DNA of 63,212 bases, filler included, from Perkinsus chesapeaki ATCC PRA-425 (taxonomy: Eukaryota > Protista > Perkinsozoa), in the NCBI GenBank assembly GCA_013115145.1. It is 5 parts of 5 records of this genome, joined end to end, with 100 filler letters (N's around TTAATTAATTAA, not from the genome) between each part and the next. Parts side by side here need not be neighbours in the genome. Positions count along the whole stretch, not along the records: positions 1 to 25,394 come from JAAPAO010000528.1; 4 more parts are not named here. One strand, given 5' to 3'. A program made the position numbers and the translations under genes. The notes beneath the pieces are model-generated. The model was not told the DNA's origin. It did no database searches and was given only the letters and a program-made list of their open reading frames with translations. Shown piece by piece: positions 1 to 12,600 of this stretch (positions are counted from its first letter, which is position 1; each line of letters opens with the position of its first letter).

Positions 1-492
1 GACAGGGTCTGGTTATCCCCTCCCATTTAGTGACATTTCCATGGAATTATAGTGACAGCGCCTGTTTGTGCCCCTGTTGCTTTTCTACTTTTCGCTGCGT
101 GACATGTCACAAAACTGACGTGTTATATGAGCCTCCGTTCCGTTGCCCAATTAACATCTTTAGTTACATTTTTGCTGTTTTCTACGACTATTACCTTAAG
201 CCTTGCACATGACAAGATCGCGGCTAACTGAAACATTTACTGAAGCCATTGACTTTAATAACAATTCTGCACATTTCGGCGCCGACCGACTCTACACCTC
301 TGCCCACGGCCTTTGCTCCAAGTACTACTACTGCTAGTGCTTATCGATCTCGATACCTTATCATTTCAGCTGCCGACCTCGCAGCACCTCCAATATATCC
401 CTTAAATGGATGAGTGATTGTAAGACTATCACTCTTTACCATCGGTATTTCTTATTTAGGCCACCCTTCCCGGCTGAGCGATGCTGATTTAG

Positions 493-799
493 GGGCTATG
501 GATCCGGATGCAGCAGTCTCGTAATAATACTTAATAATAAGACCGTAGAGTCTTCCAGGCCGTCGACTGTAGCATCGGTGACTGTGAGCCCTCCAATGGT
601 GTTTCGGCACAGTAAGAACGTAACGTTTGGTGATCAAGTAGCAGTCCGCTTTTACAACAACTTCGGGGAGGACCGGAAGACTATGACCCAGGATGCGGAG
701 GAAAAACCTCCTTATTCCCGAGGTGACGAGAAGAATCACTCCGCTGATGGCATCGTTCTGGATACTGGTAGTACGGGAATGCCGCGGGAACCGACTTGA
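493..799 (+). CDS. probable terminal exon of a hypothetical protein (gene begins upstream)
   Basis: Open frame from a tttag acceptor (492) to TGA 799: GYGSGCSSLVIILNNK...HSKNVTFGDQVAVRFY...PREPT*. Upstream exons not resolved. Confidence 0.3.
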
Positions 800-966
800 A
801 TTTCGGAGCTAGAGCTTTTTCAGTGTGGAAAACATCTTCGATATATAGATATTTCGATCGTCGTCGATAGGGTTTGAATCCCTTTCTCTCTCCGTCCATA
901 AGCCTCCTTGCAGTACTTTCCCCAGTAATGATTCCTTCGCACCATTGACTATTGGTTATAGATACG

Positions 967-1983
967 ATGTTGAAGTCTTTTGATGGACATTCCTCTAGAG
1001 TAGTCCAAGGCGGAGGAGCAGTGAGTGAATTCACTGACCTTCGCGATCTTCAAGACCTGGCCTCGAGCATGGGGGAAAGACCTCGTCCGAGTATACGCAA
1101 TAGATCTAGGTAATAATGGATGATCGACTACTCTTAAAATCTGTAATGGCAATATAGCGTTGGTTTTTACCGTGTTGGATGGTCGGAAGGGCTCAGAGGG
1201 TTAACTTCCATAGTTGAGATAGTTTGACAGTAAGGAGCAAAGTATTCGGTTCTATTTGGTGAACCTGGTCGATCCAGCGAATTATGGTATATACCATATT
1301 TATAGTGAATATTGTATATTATACGATGTGGATTTTATACAGTCTTGTATGTTCTAATAATAATTAGTATTAGCCGCTATAATGGAATTAATAGATTATA
1401 ATGTCGTTGCTCTGGTTAGAACCTGTGCCACTGATCTCGATTCATTTATGATGGAAGAGAACTCCCGATCGAGATATAGGAGTGGCGGGAGAAGGCGGAG
1501 GTAAGCAGGGCTGAATGGGAGGATTGTGGACCATATTATCATTCATGGTAGTAGTAACGCAAATTGGGCAGAGATAGTATGCTGGTCTTGAAGGCGGACG
1601 TGATAGACATTCAAGGGTTAAAATTGGACATTTATCAAAATAGACTCACCCACTTGCGAGGCTCTTATTACGCTCCTTAAATTTGCCCTAAAATGGTCCA
1701 TGGTCCAGTATGGCTTATATCGATGTCGTATACCATACCTCTCGTTCGGAACTAGTACTATGCAGCAGGTTTGCTGAATGAAATGATCAGCAGAGTCCAT
1801 TTAGTGTACCTATATCACCTTATAAGTTTCGCATTTTTATGATAATACTACTTTCCGGATGTTCCTCTTTCCAGATTCTATTCCGACAGTGATGGCAGTT
1901 CATCAGATCTGGATGTTGATGATAGTGAGGAGGCTCTACTAGCCAGGATGGAAGCGATGGCGTGCGACCAAGATTTGCTATAA
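967..1983 (+). CDS. hypothetical multi-exon protein, acidic C-terminus
   Basis: ATG 967 opens MLKSFDGHSSRVVQGGG...RNRSR ending at a gtaat donor. Last exon after the ttccag acceptor reads YSDSDGSSSDLDVDDSEEALLARMEAMACDQDLL* (TAA 1981-1983). Internal exons are ambiguous. Confidence 0.3.
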
Positions 1984-2109
1984 ATGCTATCACTAACTCT
2001 CGCGGCCTTCTCCACTACTACTGCTGCTGCTGCTGCGGGAGGAGGAGGACCGTCCTCCGTTTTCTGCACACCATTATTTACCTGTCCCTCATTGCTAGTA
2101 GTATTTTAT

Positions 2110-3400
2110 TTTCACGTCCCTGTTGATGTGCTCTTTCTCCTTCGTAACCGACTATTGTATGTATTTGTGGAGGGAAAGAAATCCCTAAGATTAAATATCC
2201 AGCCTACCAGTGGAGTGCGATACCTTCTTCACCAGCCACCATTAAATGCTATATGTAACCATTCTCACCGCATTATGAGATTTCTTATATACCTCTCCCA
2301 ATTCCAGCAAGCAAACGACGGTGACGAGGCCCCATGTGAGGGCCTTATGTGTTTGCGTGCACTCATTTACGGTGCCATGGTATTTCCTTAAGTGTTTTGC
2401 TAGGCTACCACACCCTTGTGCAACACATTATCCTTGTACGCGGCCATTTGCAGCGTTAAGGTCGTATTGACCTTGTGATGGTGATTCGATAACCGTCGCT
2501 GTCACAGTTGTCATCATTACTTGTGCTACCACTACATAATAATGAAGGTTTTCATCATCACCACACGCTGGTGAAATATTCCTTCTTCCTTTACCGATAG
2601 TTTATGCATTTCTGTGCAAAGTAATAAGAGGCACTACCGGTGAATACCTACTTTTGTTGTTGGTTACGATTGTCGTTTGAGGGCTATTCTCCACCATCAC
2701 TGATGATGCTGCTGCTGTTTGGCTGGGCTCTCTCCGTTACCCTTCCTGCATCAGCCGGCTACATCATTGCTCTCTAATCCTCGTTGTGTTTCGTATATAT
2801 TTTTCCATGCGCCGATCATTGTGCTGTAGGTTGGCGCATCCAACTTGTATCATCGTATTAGATAAGCCCTATGGATCGGTTGTAGCCGCCTCAGAGTGTT
2901 GTTGATCCTGACAGGCTTGTACGTTTGCCCACGGTGATGGTCATAGTAGCGTTGTTGTTGTTTTCCCCTTTATATTTGGCTGTAAACGAACGGCTATTCT
3001 GTACTATCATTAAAGCTACTTCTTCATGCTGCTGCTGCTTTATTCTCCGTACCATCACCGCCTCTCCTACCTATTGCAGCAATAATAATAATAGTAGCCT
3101 AGAGTTTGCTGGTCTCACGCTACTTGTAGAAAACTCATAGTTCTGCTGTTTCAGCGTGCCTCAGCCGCCGCCGCTGGCAAGTCGTTATACGTGAACGACG
3201 CTTAACTTTATTGTCACAGGCATACTGCCATCAGAGCTATCATCACGACAGCCTCGTACTGGAGTGAGCTGGTCTGTGATGGTGATGCCCACTGGTCCTT
3301 ATCGATGTGCAGAGATTGTGGTATATCACTGCTGCTGTATCGTATAGACACTCGAGTCTCTGTCAAGCATGACTGCATGGTTTTGGGTTTAAAATAGTAC
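2110..3400 (-). CDS. hypothetical multi-exon protein, possible degenerate WD-like segment
   Basis: Short minus-strand frames bounded by GT/AG join as ...KALTWGLVTVVCLLELGE|HLMVAGEEGIALH|WDFFPSTN.... Ends not defined. Confidence 0.25.
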
Positions 3401-3690
3401 ATGAATGCTTTGGGATAAGGAAGGCTTGATACTTGGAGGCAGCCGGCGGTCGGTGTGATTAGCGCTGCATTCCAGAGCTAGCGGGATTTATGGCAGTCGG
3501 GGTTATCAAATACCTCACAAGAGGAGGCTACTATAAGATACCATGGAGTCCTTCTTGAAATAATTGATATCATAATTATATCGATTACTATCAAAAGAGA
3601 ATGATGTTATAACAAAATAATATTATGCAATAAAACTACGGCATCCGACAAGACTGTGATCACCAGGAATCACCAGCTGGTGGCTCTTAA

Positions 3691-4516
3691 ATGTCGACTG
3701 CTCCGCCTAACAGCCAAGGAGGGCTACTGAAGACCCTTTATGGCGGCTCTAGTGATTCTGAAGATGAATCTTCCTCTGAATCGGATTACACCACGGATGA
3801 TGATGACGAGGAGGAGTATAGTGATAGTGAGGTAAGCAATAACGCTGTGCTTTCCACAATAGAATTTAGACGTGAGCCTCAGTATGTAGTAGCGGAACTT
3901 CGATCGTCACTCTGTAACCAGCTTTGCTCGAACAACAGTGACATTGCTTTCTTGCAGAGGGTTTAAAGTGTTTTCAAGTTTCCAGCGGTCGCATTCCTGG
4001 TATAAAATCCTGCCGTGTCGGTTGGCCGTATCGCTGTGATGTATCGACGAAGCTGGGGGGTAGTGAGGGTGGAGTCGGTATGATGTAGACCCTTGTGAAG
4101 TAACCGACATCGATGACAATACCCGTCCTATGGAATAATATTGCTACTGGTCGTATTTGGTCTTTGGTAGGCGAATGAGAGCATTACCATTATAGTTGTG
4201 CTTGTAGTTGGGTAGCGTGAAGAGGGTACGTGACCGTAGTAGAGATTTACTTTATCTGCCTCCTACAATTGTCTCTACTTTAATTGCCACTTCGTGCGCA
4301 GACTTGACTCTTGGCAATTCTTACGTTGAAAATGGGGCGCACTATGTGGCGAATGTACGGCTTTTGTGGGCTTTTCAGAGCTCCTCTGTGAGCGAGTTGC
4401 CCGACGATGAGCCAGCCCCACCGCCTCCACCTATGAGGCCGACAAATGGGAAGATTAGAGTGCATTGGACTAAATCGGATGATGGTAGTAATGGGGGGAC
4501 TAGCCTATTGGGCTGA
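3691..4516 (+). CDS. hypothetical protein with acidic N-terminal tract
   Basis: ATG 3691 MSTAPPNSQGGLLKTLYGGSSDSEDESSSESDYTTDDDDEEEYSDSE, then a gtaag donor. Last exon LLYLPPTIVSTLIATSC...GTSLLG* (TGA 4514-4516). Confidence 0.5.
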
Positions 4517-4545
4517 GGGTTGATGGGTATCAAGGGAATTAGATA

Positions 4546-4851
4546 ATAAGGGTAAAGTGATGACCAGGCTACTAGGGGTTGTTGGATATAGAGGAAATGA
4601 TGGTTAAGTGATGACTAGGCTACTAGGGGTTGTTGGATATAGAGGAAATAAGGGTTAAGTGATGACTAGGCTACTCTACTAGGGGTTGTTGGATATAGAG
4701 GAAATGAGGGTTAAGTGATGACTAGGCTACTAGGGGTTGTTGAATATAGAGGAAATGAGGGTTAAGTTATGACTAGGCTACTAGGGGTTGTTGGATATAG
4801 AGGAAATAAGGGTTAAGTGATGACTAGGCTACTAGGGGTTGTTGAATATAG
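4546..4851. repeat. 51-bp minisatellite, about 6 copies
   Basis: Unit GGGTTAAGTGATGACTAGGCTACTAGGGGTTGTTGGATATAGAGGAAATRA starts at 4550, 4601, 4652, 4708, 4759 and 4810. Unit 3 carries an extra CTACT; the last unit is partial. Confidence 0.97.
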
Positions 4852-5004
4852 TATGCAATTTGGAAAGTAGGGGAGTGCCGCGTCCCATTTCTCTTTATTT
4901 TCATTCCACTATCCACTAGTAAACACCGAGCAATATAATTGGAATATCTCCCTCTGATGAGCATGAAACTTTCCACCATCAGCCGAAGATGTGGAAGTTG
5001 GCAA

Positions 5005-8000
5005 ATGTCAGATACCGATATTTCCAACTTCGACGAGGAGCTCGGCCCGCCCGCTCTAGAGTTCCCTTTCCAATTGGATGACTTCCAGAAGCGTGCAATA
5101 CTGAGGGTATCGCAGGGGGAGAGCGTCTTTGTAGCCGCCCATACGAGCGCGGGGAAGACTGCTGTGGCCGAGTAGGAAGGGGTGATCGGGGGAATGAGGC
5201 GCTTAAAGTGGACTTATTCAGTGAATAGTCGATCGTACTTATTTTGAACTATAGTAAGTAGATTTCAGCGAATAATATTGAAGAAAGTTGAATTGTAGAA
5301 AATTGGAGACACAAAATGTACAGTGCGTTAGCGTTTGTTAGGCATTGAAATAAAGTACTTCACGCTGAAACGGCTGAGGTGTGCATATTTAGTGAGTAGT
5401 AATGTATATGCCCCTCCCTATTTCCGCGATTTCTGGCCTTTATAGTGCCTTCTCCTCCTCCTGCTGCTATTGTAAGGTACGCCATAGCGAATGCTATAAA
5501 GCAAGGTGGTCGAGCTATTTATACTTCACCTATAAAGGCTTTGAGCAATCAGAAGTACCGAGAGTTCTCGGAGAAGTTTGATTCTGTCGGTGTGATTACA
5601 GGAGATGTCTCTATTAATCCACTGGTAAGAGGGATGGTTCATACAGACTGGTCGACAAATTGTCCAGCGCCGATCTGAATGAGGTATCGATCGAATATAT
5701 GGATAAACTTGGTAGCATTGGATCAGAAATTTGTACGCCTTTCCAGAGGTGTACGATTAACCTCCGCAGGGGCTCTAACCCCCGAGAAACCTAAATTTTA
5801 TAAAATTACTGGCGGTCCAACGTAAATTATCGAACCTTAATCTAGCATTTCTGCGCGAGCTGTTCGAATCTGTGCCCTATCTTCCATATCTAAATCCACG
5901 CCTTTCAACTTGTATTTAATTATATCACTTCAGCTTTCACGTTGAGGATTTTGCATGCATAATTGTGTAATATTACGTGCTACGTTAGATAGTCTATCTT
6001 ACAGTTACGTAAGGCTTAAGCGGACAGGCGTAAAATGAGTCTGCGTTTTGGTGCCTGCAGAGGTGGGACTATAGAATTCTTGTTTTATTGTTAGGCGAAT
6101 GTGGTTATTATGACAACTGAAATCCTGAGGACTATGCTATATAGGAAGGACGAGAGCTTGGCTAACATCAAAACAGTTATTTTTGATGAAGTTCATTTTG
6201 TCAACGACCCTGATAGGGGAGTGGTTTGGGAGGAGTGCATTATTCTCCTTCCTCCTGAGGTAAGACAATGCGGGACAGGCAGCATGCCGACATCAAGGAA
6301 AATTCAATGGTTTTTTGGACTGTTGTGGAAGGGAAATTCCAGCGCAGTTTTAGTGTTATTGTGTATCTAGCAGCACAGAGCAAGTAAGCGAAAACTAAAC
6401 GAGGATGTTGATATGCAATAATATAATTATGCATTTGGGGTCATCAACATCAAATATATTTAATGATTCGATAAATCACAATCTATTTTACAAGCTATAT
6501 CGGACTATTATGGGATATGATATTGAGTATACGACCCTTTTATACAGAGTGTCATATAGCACCAAAATTGGCAGTAAATCTTTTTGTCGAGTTGAAACTG
6601 GACATGTTATGGGTAATCGAAAATGCAGAAGCTCTACATCCTCGATACATTCACTTTTCGACTCAGTTCTGCAGTAGAACTGAGCAGACAAGCGGGGATG
6701 AACTCGAATCCCGCGGTGATTGACGGGGTACTCTAGCACGCATTTCTGTATGTGGTGTATTGTACAATCTAGAATGGCATGGTATAATGGATTTAATTAT
6801 CAGGTCCCAATGGTGATGCTTTCCGCAACAGTTCTCAACTACCGTGAGTTTGCTGATTGGGTTGGGCGTACAAAGCAGCGTACGGTGTACACAGTGAGCA
6901 CGCCCTATCGCCCGACGCCTTTGTGCCATTATCTTTGGTGGAGAGATAAACCATATTTGCTCATGGACAATAAGGGAGTTTTCAATACTGGCACTTATAA
7001 GAAGATGTACACCGATGGGGAAGGGGCTATTCTATATTACGGATCAGTGCGAAGAGGGATCCTTAACAACCGACGCATCGTAGAGTGGCCTGGTTCTGTT
7101 GTACCAGCTAGATCTGCCAGGATCAACAGTCTGGCATGGAGATGAGGAAATTATTAAATCTGGTCTCGAAGGCGTTGATTCTTCGGTCAGTGTGGGAATT
7201 CCTATAGAGAGATGTCGGTTTGAGGGCGAAAGTATTTCTGTTGCACGAATCGAGGTGACTTTGCTATGTATTTATATCTTCTCAGATATGATGAGATGAA
7301 AGCCTCTGAGGCTCCTAATAATAAGCAATCTGGAGGAAAAGGCAAGGGCAAGGGGAAAGGGAAAGGGAAGGGGAAAGGGAAAGGGGTCCACAGAGCACCG
7401 GCACCGAAGATGCCATTGACCGGTGAATCTAAGATACGTCTGGAGACTCAGAAATTACAGGCGATGATTAAGTCGTTGCAAGCCGACGACAAGCTGCCTG
7501 CTACGGTATTCGTGTTTTCGAGAGCGCGCTGTGAAAGATACGCGATGGGCATGCCACACTTGGACTTGCTCAGCGGTAGCGCGGAGAGATCAAAAGTGCA
7601 TGTGTTCTTGAAGGAGGCATTCTCAAAGCTCGACGAGAGTGATCGCGAGCTGCCTCAGATTCAAGCGGTTACGGACCTGGCGCTGAGGGGCATCGGTGTG
7701 CACCATGGCGGGTTGCTTCCTATTGTTAAGGAAGCCGTTGAGATACTCTTTTCGAACGGGCATATTAAAGTCTTGTTTGCCACCGAGACGTTCGCAATGG
7801 GGGTCAACATGCCGGCCAGGTCGGTCATTTTTTCCTCAATTCGGAAGCATGACGGTTCTAAATTTCGCAATCTGTTGCCGACCGAGTACACACAGATGTC
7901 TGGAAGGGCGGGCCGCCGAGGCCTCGATAGTGTTGGTAATGTATATATCTTGGCAGCTGAGGAGCTGCCGGACTTGAAGTCCTTAACGAGCACAATGACA

Positions 8001-9593
8001 AGCAAGCACACGCCTTTGCAGAGTCAATTTAAGTTGACGTTTCAAATGTTGCTACAAATGGCGAAGTTGACCCACTGGAAGGCAGAGGATCTGATGAGCC
8101 GATCGTACTTGGAAAACGCACGGGCGATGCAACTGCCGACGGCGAAGAGGGATCTGGCGCGGCTTAGGAGGAAGCAGGAGGGGTTGCCGAAGTTGGAATG
8201 TGTGCTGGGCGAGGAGGACATGCACCACTATACCCAGTTGGAAATGAAGTCCCGGCATATGGCCAGCGATCTCTACAGCAAGCTGTTCAATACCGACCAT
8301 AAGAAAGTATTCTGTCGAGGCAGACTTGTAATGGTCTACAGCCTCCCCGACATAAAGGCATCGTCGCCGGCGGTAATTCTGGGGGCGAGCGCGCCGTCGA
8401 TGAGCATCTCGGTGGTGCAGACCATCGACGTTCTTGTGGCGCTGAGGCGCCCGGTGCAAGATAGCAGTCCGGCAGGGGACAGCGGATACACTGTGCGAAT
8501 CAAGAATCTTCCGGTGAAGTCCGGCTTGCTTCTGGTGACGGATCATGCCTTGCCCACTGGGGTCGACTTCTCGGACAGTTTCGGGTTGGCCAGGGAGATC
8601 CGGCGGTGCGAGGAGGAAGGTCAGTATGACGAGCCACTGGAGTTGGGGAAGAACTTGAAGCAAATTCAGACTGAGTATTTCGAGACGCTCATCAGCGTGA
8701 AGGACCTGACGAAGGAGAAAATGAGGAGCAAGTGCCACCGCTGCCATCTGAGGCAGGAACATTTCGACTTGGTCGTGGAGGAGGGACAGACAGAGCAAGA
8801 CATTGAAGATTTGCAGTTCAAGATTGATGATGCGTCGCTGTACCTGGCCCCAGCTCGCGAGCGCATGCTTCGGGTTCTCGTAGATCTCGGTGACCTGGAC
8901 AAGAACAGTATGCAGATCACGCTGAAGGGGAGGGCGGCAAGCGAGCTCGTGCTGGGCGATGAACTGACTCTCACTGAGTTGCTGTTAGATAACGTCTTTG
9001 GGGACGCTGACGTGCCTTCGTGTGTGGCACTGGTCTGTTGCTTCGCCTGCGACTCTGGCGTTTCCCAGATGTCCCACGAGGCTGCGGAGGCTCTGTTGCC
9101 ACCGGAGACGGTAAAACTGTTGGAGAAGGCTATGGCGATGCACGATAAGGTGGCGCAAGTCCTTACAAAGGAGAGAGTTGAGACCGATTGGACCGAGTTT
9201 GACCGCCAGCTCTGTCTGGGGATTGCGCCACTGGCACATGCGTGGGCGAAGGGCGTCCCCTTTGCCGATCTGATGACGGCGGAGCCAATTCAAAGTAAAG
9301 AGGATGAGGAGGTCTACTACTCCTTGTGGAAGCCCGGTGACAAGCCGCTACAGGAAGGAGCGGTTGTGAGGAGCATACAGCGGTGTGATGAGCTGTTCAG
9401 ACGGCTGGGAAAGGCGGCCGGGGTGATGGGCTCCACGGAGGTTGTTGAGAAGGTCGAAGAGTGTCGGGATGCGATACGTCGAGATATTGTATTTGCGCTG
9501 AGTCTGTATCTGGATCAAGACGGCCAGAGACAGCCTAAGCCGATCGATGGATCTCCTGATGCGGAGGCCAGTGGCACCACTGATGTACAGTAG
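5005..9593 (+). CDS. SKI2: Ski2-like DExH RNA helicase (SKI complex), 5 exons, about 996 aa
   Basis: Exons 5005-5171, 5477-5624, 6095-6259, 6804-7006 and 7286-9593 join in frame (2991 nt). Motifs: [82 protein letters not shown] and SIRKHDG favour Ski2 over Mtr4. Confidence 0.93.
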
Positions 9594-9660
9594 AGTGTTT
9601 CCTAGCAGAGACGTTTGTGTTGATTCTTATGGACGCATTGACAAGTAGACAGATTTTGAA

Positions 9661-12600
9661 ATGCCTTCGACGCCCAATGGGTATCTGAGGCAGCTGTCGG
9701 ATGTCGACATTGAGGACCCCTCGGATGACGAGGGTTCTGATGACAGTGTCTATAATGGCCCAGCCGCGGACTTTGTCGACCCTGCGATGGTCCAGAGGGA
9801 CGGCTGCTGCCGTCGGTTGTGCAGATGTCTGTGCCCGCGAAGGAAGGTTACCGAAACGGGCTTCCGATTGGTCAGGGCTGATGATAGACGGACGAATAGA
9901 CCGATTGTGGTTGATGAGAACGGCGATATGACGGTAAGTTGTCAGTGATGTGGTAGAGGCTTGCTGGATTGACCTCGATGTTGGCAGTAGGCCTGCAGCT
10001 TGTCGTATGCCGTTGCTGTTTGGTTTCCATCCTGTTTGCTGCTTAACTCTTTGCTACCTGTCACCCCGCGCAGTAGGCCATTCGATAGTATGCTGAGCTA
10101 TACTGGTCCTCATCCCCTCGCTTAGTTTGCCTTAGATAAGCAATAACTTGTACGGCTGTTGATTTTGGTGACGCAATCACTTTAGAGGTTTGATAGAGGT
10201 GCCATTTCTGGCTTACTTCTCCGTCGTCTGCCATCAGTTCACCGCACTTATCATCACGCTATTCCCATTCAGTTCCTGCGTAAAGTATCGAATGTAGTGG
10301 CCAGCACGAAGTACACAATCCTATCATTCGTTCCCATGGTCTTCATCCAACAGTTCAAGTTCTTCTTCAACTTCTTCTTCCTAGTTCTCGCCGCCACACA
10401 AGCCATACCAGCCCTACAGGTAACCTCGCAGCTAAGGCGCTGATTGGTGATTCCTTCTTGGCCAGGTCGGCCCTTTGTTTACTTATGTTGGTCCCTTAGC
10501 CTTTGTTTTGATGTGCACGATGCTCAAGGAGGCGAGCGACGATATTAAACGGTGAGTGCATTTGCGTACCACTTGGTGCGGTAATACCGCTGCTACCTGA
10601 GAGCGTATCGATTCGGTATGATCTAGGGAGCAGCTTAGCCGTTTGTTGTACCTGTGGTTTCGCATGGTGCTAGTGAGTTAGGGCGCCTGAAAGGTTCTGG
10701 CCGTGAAAAGTAGAGAAACCTCCGATGCAACCGTCAACCTAAGATACCACGCTTTTATCCGCAGTCGAATTCTCACTCTAATTTATGCAAGACAAGCCGT
10801 GTATCTTGTTCGTATTGGATGTACCTGGATGATTCCCTTCTTGCTTCTTCTGGTCCCCTGGTAGCTGTAGACGTACTGTTTGACGTGGTGTTTGACTGTA
10901 GGTGGCGTCGTGATAAGGCAGTAAACAGTGCTAAGTACACCAGAGTGAATACAGCGATCGGCGACCTGGAGAAGGTAGCAAGCGCTGATATAAAAGTTGG
11001 AGATGTTTTGCAAGTAAGAAGAAGTTTTGCGGCGCGTGACATACCGTGGGCTTTAGATTCTGACGAACGAACGAGTTCCGGCCGATATGATTTTACTTCG
11101 GACGGAGTTTGGAGAGAATGAAGGGAAGAACGGTCAGACTTATATACGTAAGAATCTGCTGGCAATATCCTATCCTGGCTGGCCTATGGATCGCGTCCTA
11201 TCCCATACTTGCGGTTGTGTTGCTTATTGTAATCTATAATGCGCGTTCAAATTGGCTGGCCAAATTCTGAAAAAAGGGCTTAGATATGGCGGGGATGGGT
11301 TAACAACAATGCGAGGTGAACATCGCTTACCCAAGGTCAATAAACTCCTTACCCTTCTGGAGTGATGATCACACCTCATAGTAGAGATGAAAGATGCGAA
11401 TTCAGACTTGGGTTCACACGACAGGCTCACATTACGTCCATAAGCATCGGCAAATCGATCCTCTTTTCCTATTTATTGCAAATAAGGAGGCGACTTCTGG
11501 AGTGAATGGCCAAAGAAGAGGTTGCCCGATGCCCGACAGATATGCGTTTATTAGTGACCTACGAACCGTGCTCTTCTATATTTGGCTCGTATCGTTTTTG
11601 CCGATGAGTGAATGACAGGTACGGATCAGCTGGATGGCGAGAAGGATTGGAAGCCACGCAAGGCACCGAAGATGACGCAGGACCTGCCGGGCTGGAAGGA
11701 CCTTTGTGGAGATATACAGATTTGTGCCAAGTAGGGAAATGTGGCTTGAGCTTCATTCTTGCCCCGTCTGTTGATGAGGGCATCTTCAACCTCCTTTGAT
11801 GCTAACGAAGGCCCTCTGGGTTAAAGGCCCCGGTGGCGAGTATCACACTGCATAGATTGCCCCTGCTATACACCGTTTGGTTTTTCAGAGTTGAAGCGCC
11901 ACAGATGAGCATTGACAAGTTCATTGGTCGGCTGTCCCTTCGCAGACCTGGAGATGATAATATTGCCAGCGAGGCGCTTGGGTTGGAGAACACTTTGTGG
12001 GCCAATACCATAGTGACCCACGGCCCTGTATATGGTCTGGTCATCTATAATGGTGTTGATAGCCGCTCTGTGATGAGCTATGATGACCATGGTACTGATG
12101 ATAAGACATGCTTGTTGGACAAGCAAGTGGACTTCTGTGCTAAAGTAGGTCTAGAGCGACAAAGGCGGCTTTGGTATGCACGACCGGTGGTGCTTCACGA
12201 TGCAAAATCAAGTGTGTGAGTAACTAACCAGCAGATCCGCTTTTACAGAAAACCATACTGACTACATCTTTGGCTATGCCTAACCATTTGTACCACAGTA
12301 AAAGGGTATCTTATTGGTTATACCTCACCACCACCTCGGTCAGCTTATTGCTATAATCCACCGCTCACACGTAGTAAATGGTCCATTGTAGCCTTCTTGT
12401 ATGGAGTTATCGCACGCTTTTGGTTTCCACGCTGTGGCGTGGCTGTTCTCCTTCATCTGTTCTTCGCCGCGGCATCTCCATTTGATCAGGTCTGTTTTGC
12501 GATCCTCATCGGACTGTCATTTATGTTGGTGATTTGTCGAGGCCTTAGAGGACAGTGGTGGATCTTCCTCCTAAGGTAAGGTCGTAGCTGGAGGGCGAAT

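Noticed and set aside
4550-4851. Telomere-derived repeat
   Set aside because: It contains GGGTTAAG and TAGGGG fragments but no tandem TTTAGGG or TTAGGG. The unit is a complex 51-mer.
8052-8798. 248-aa antisense ORF and similar antisense ORFs (47636-48157, 47889-48422, 22971-23693)
   Set aside because: These are shadows of GC-rich sense coding exons and have no motifs of their own.
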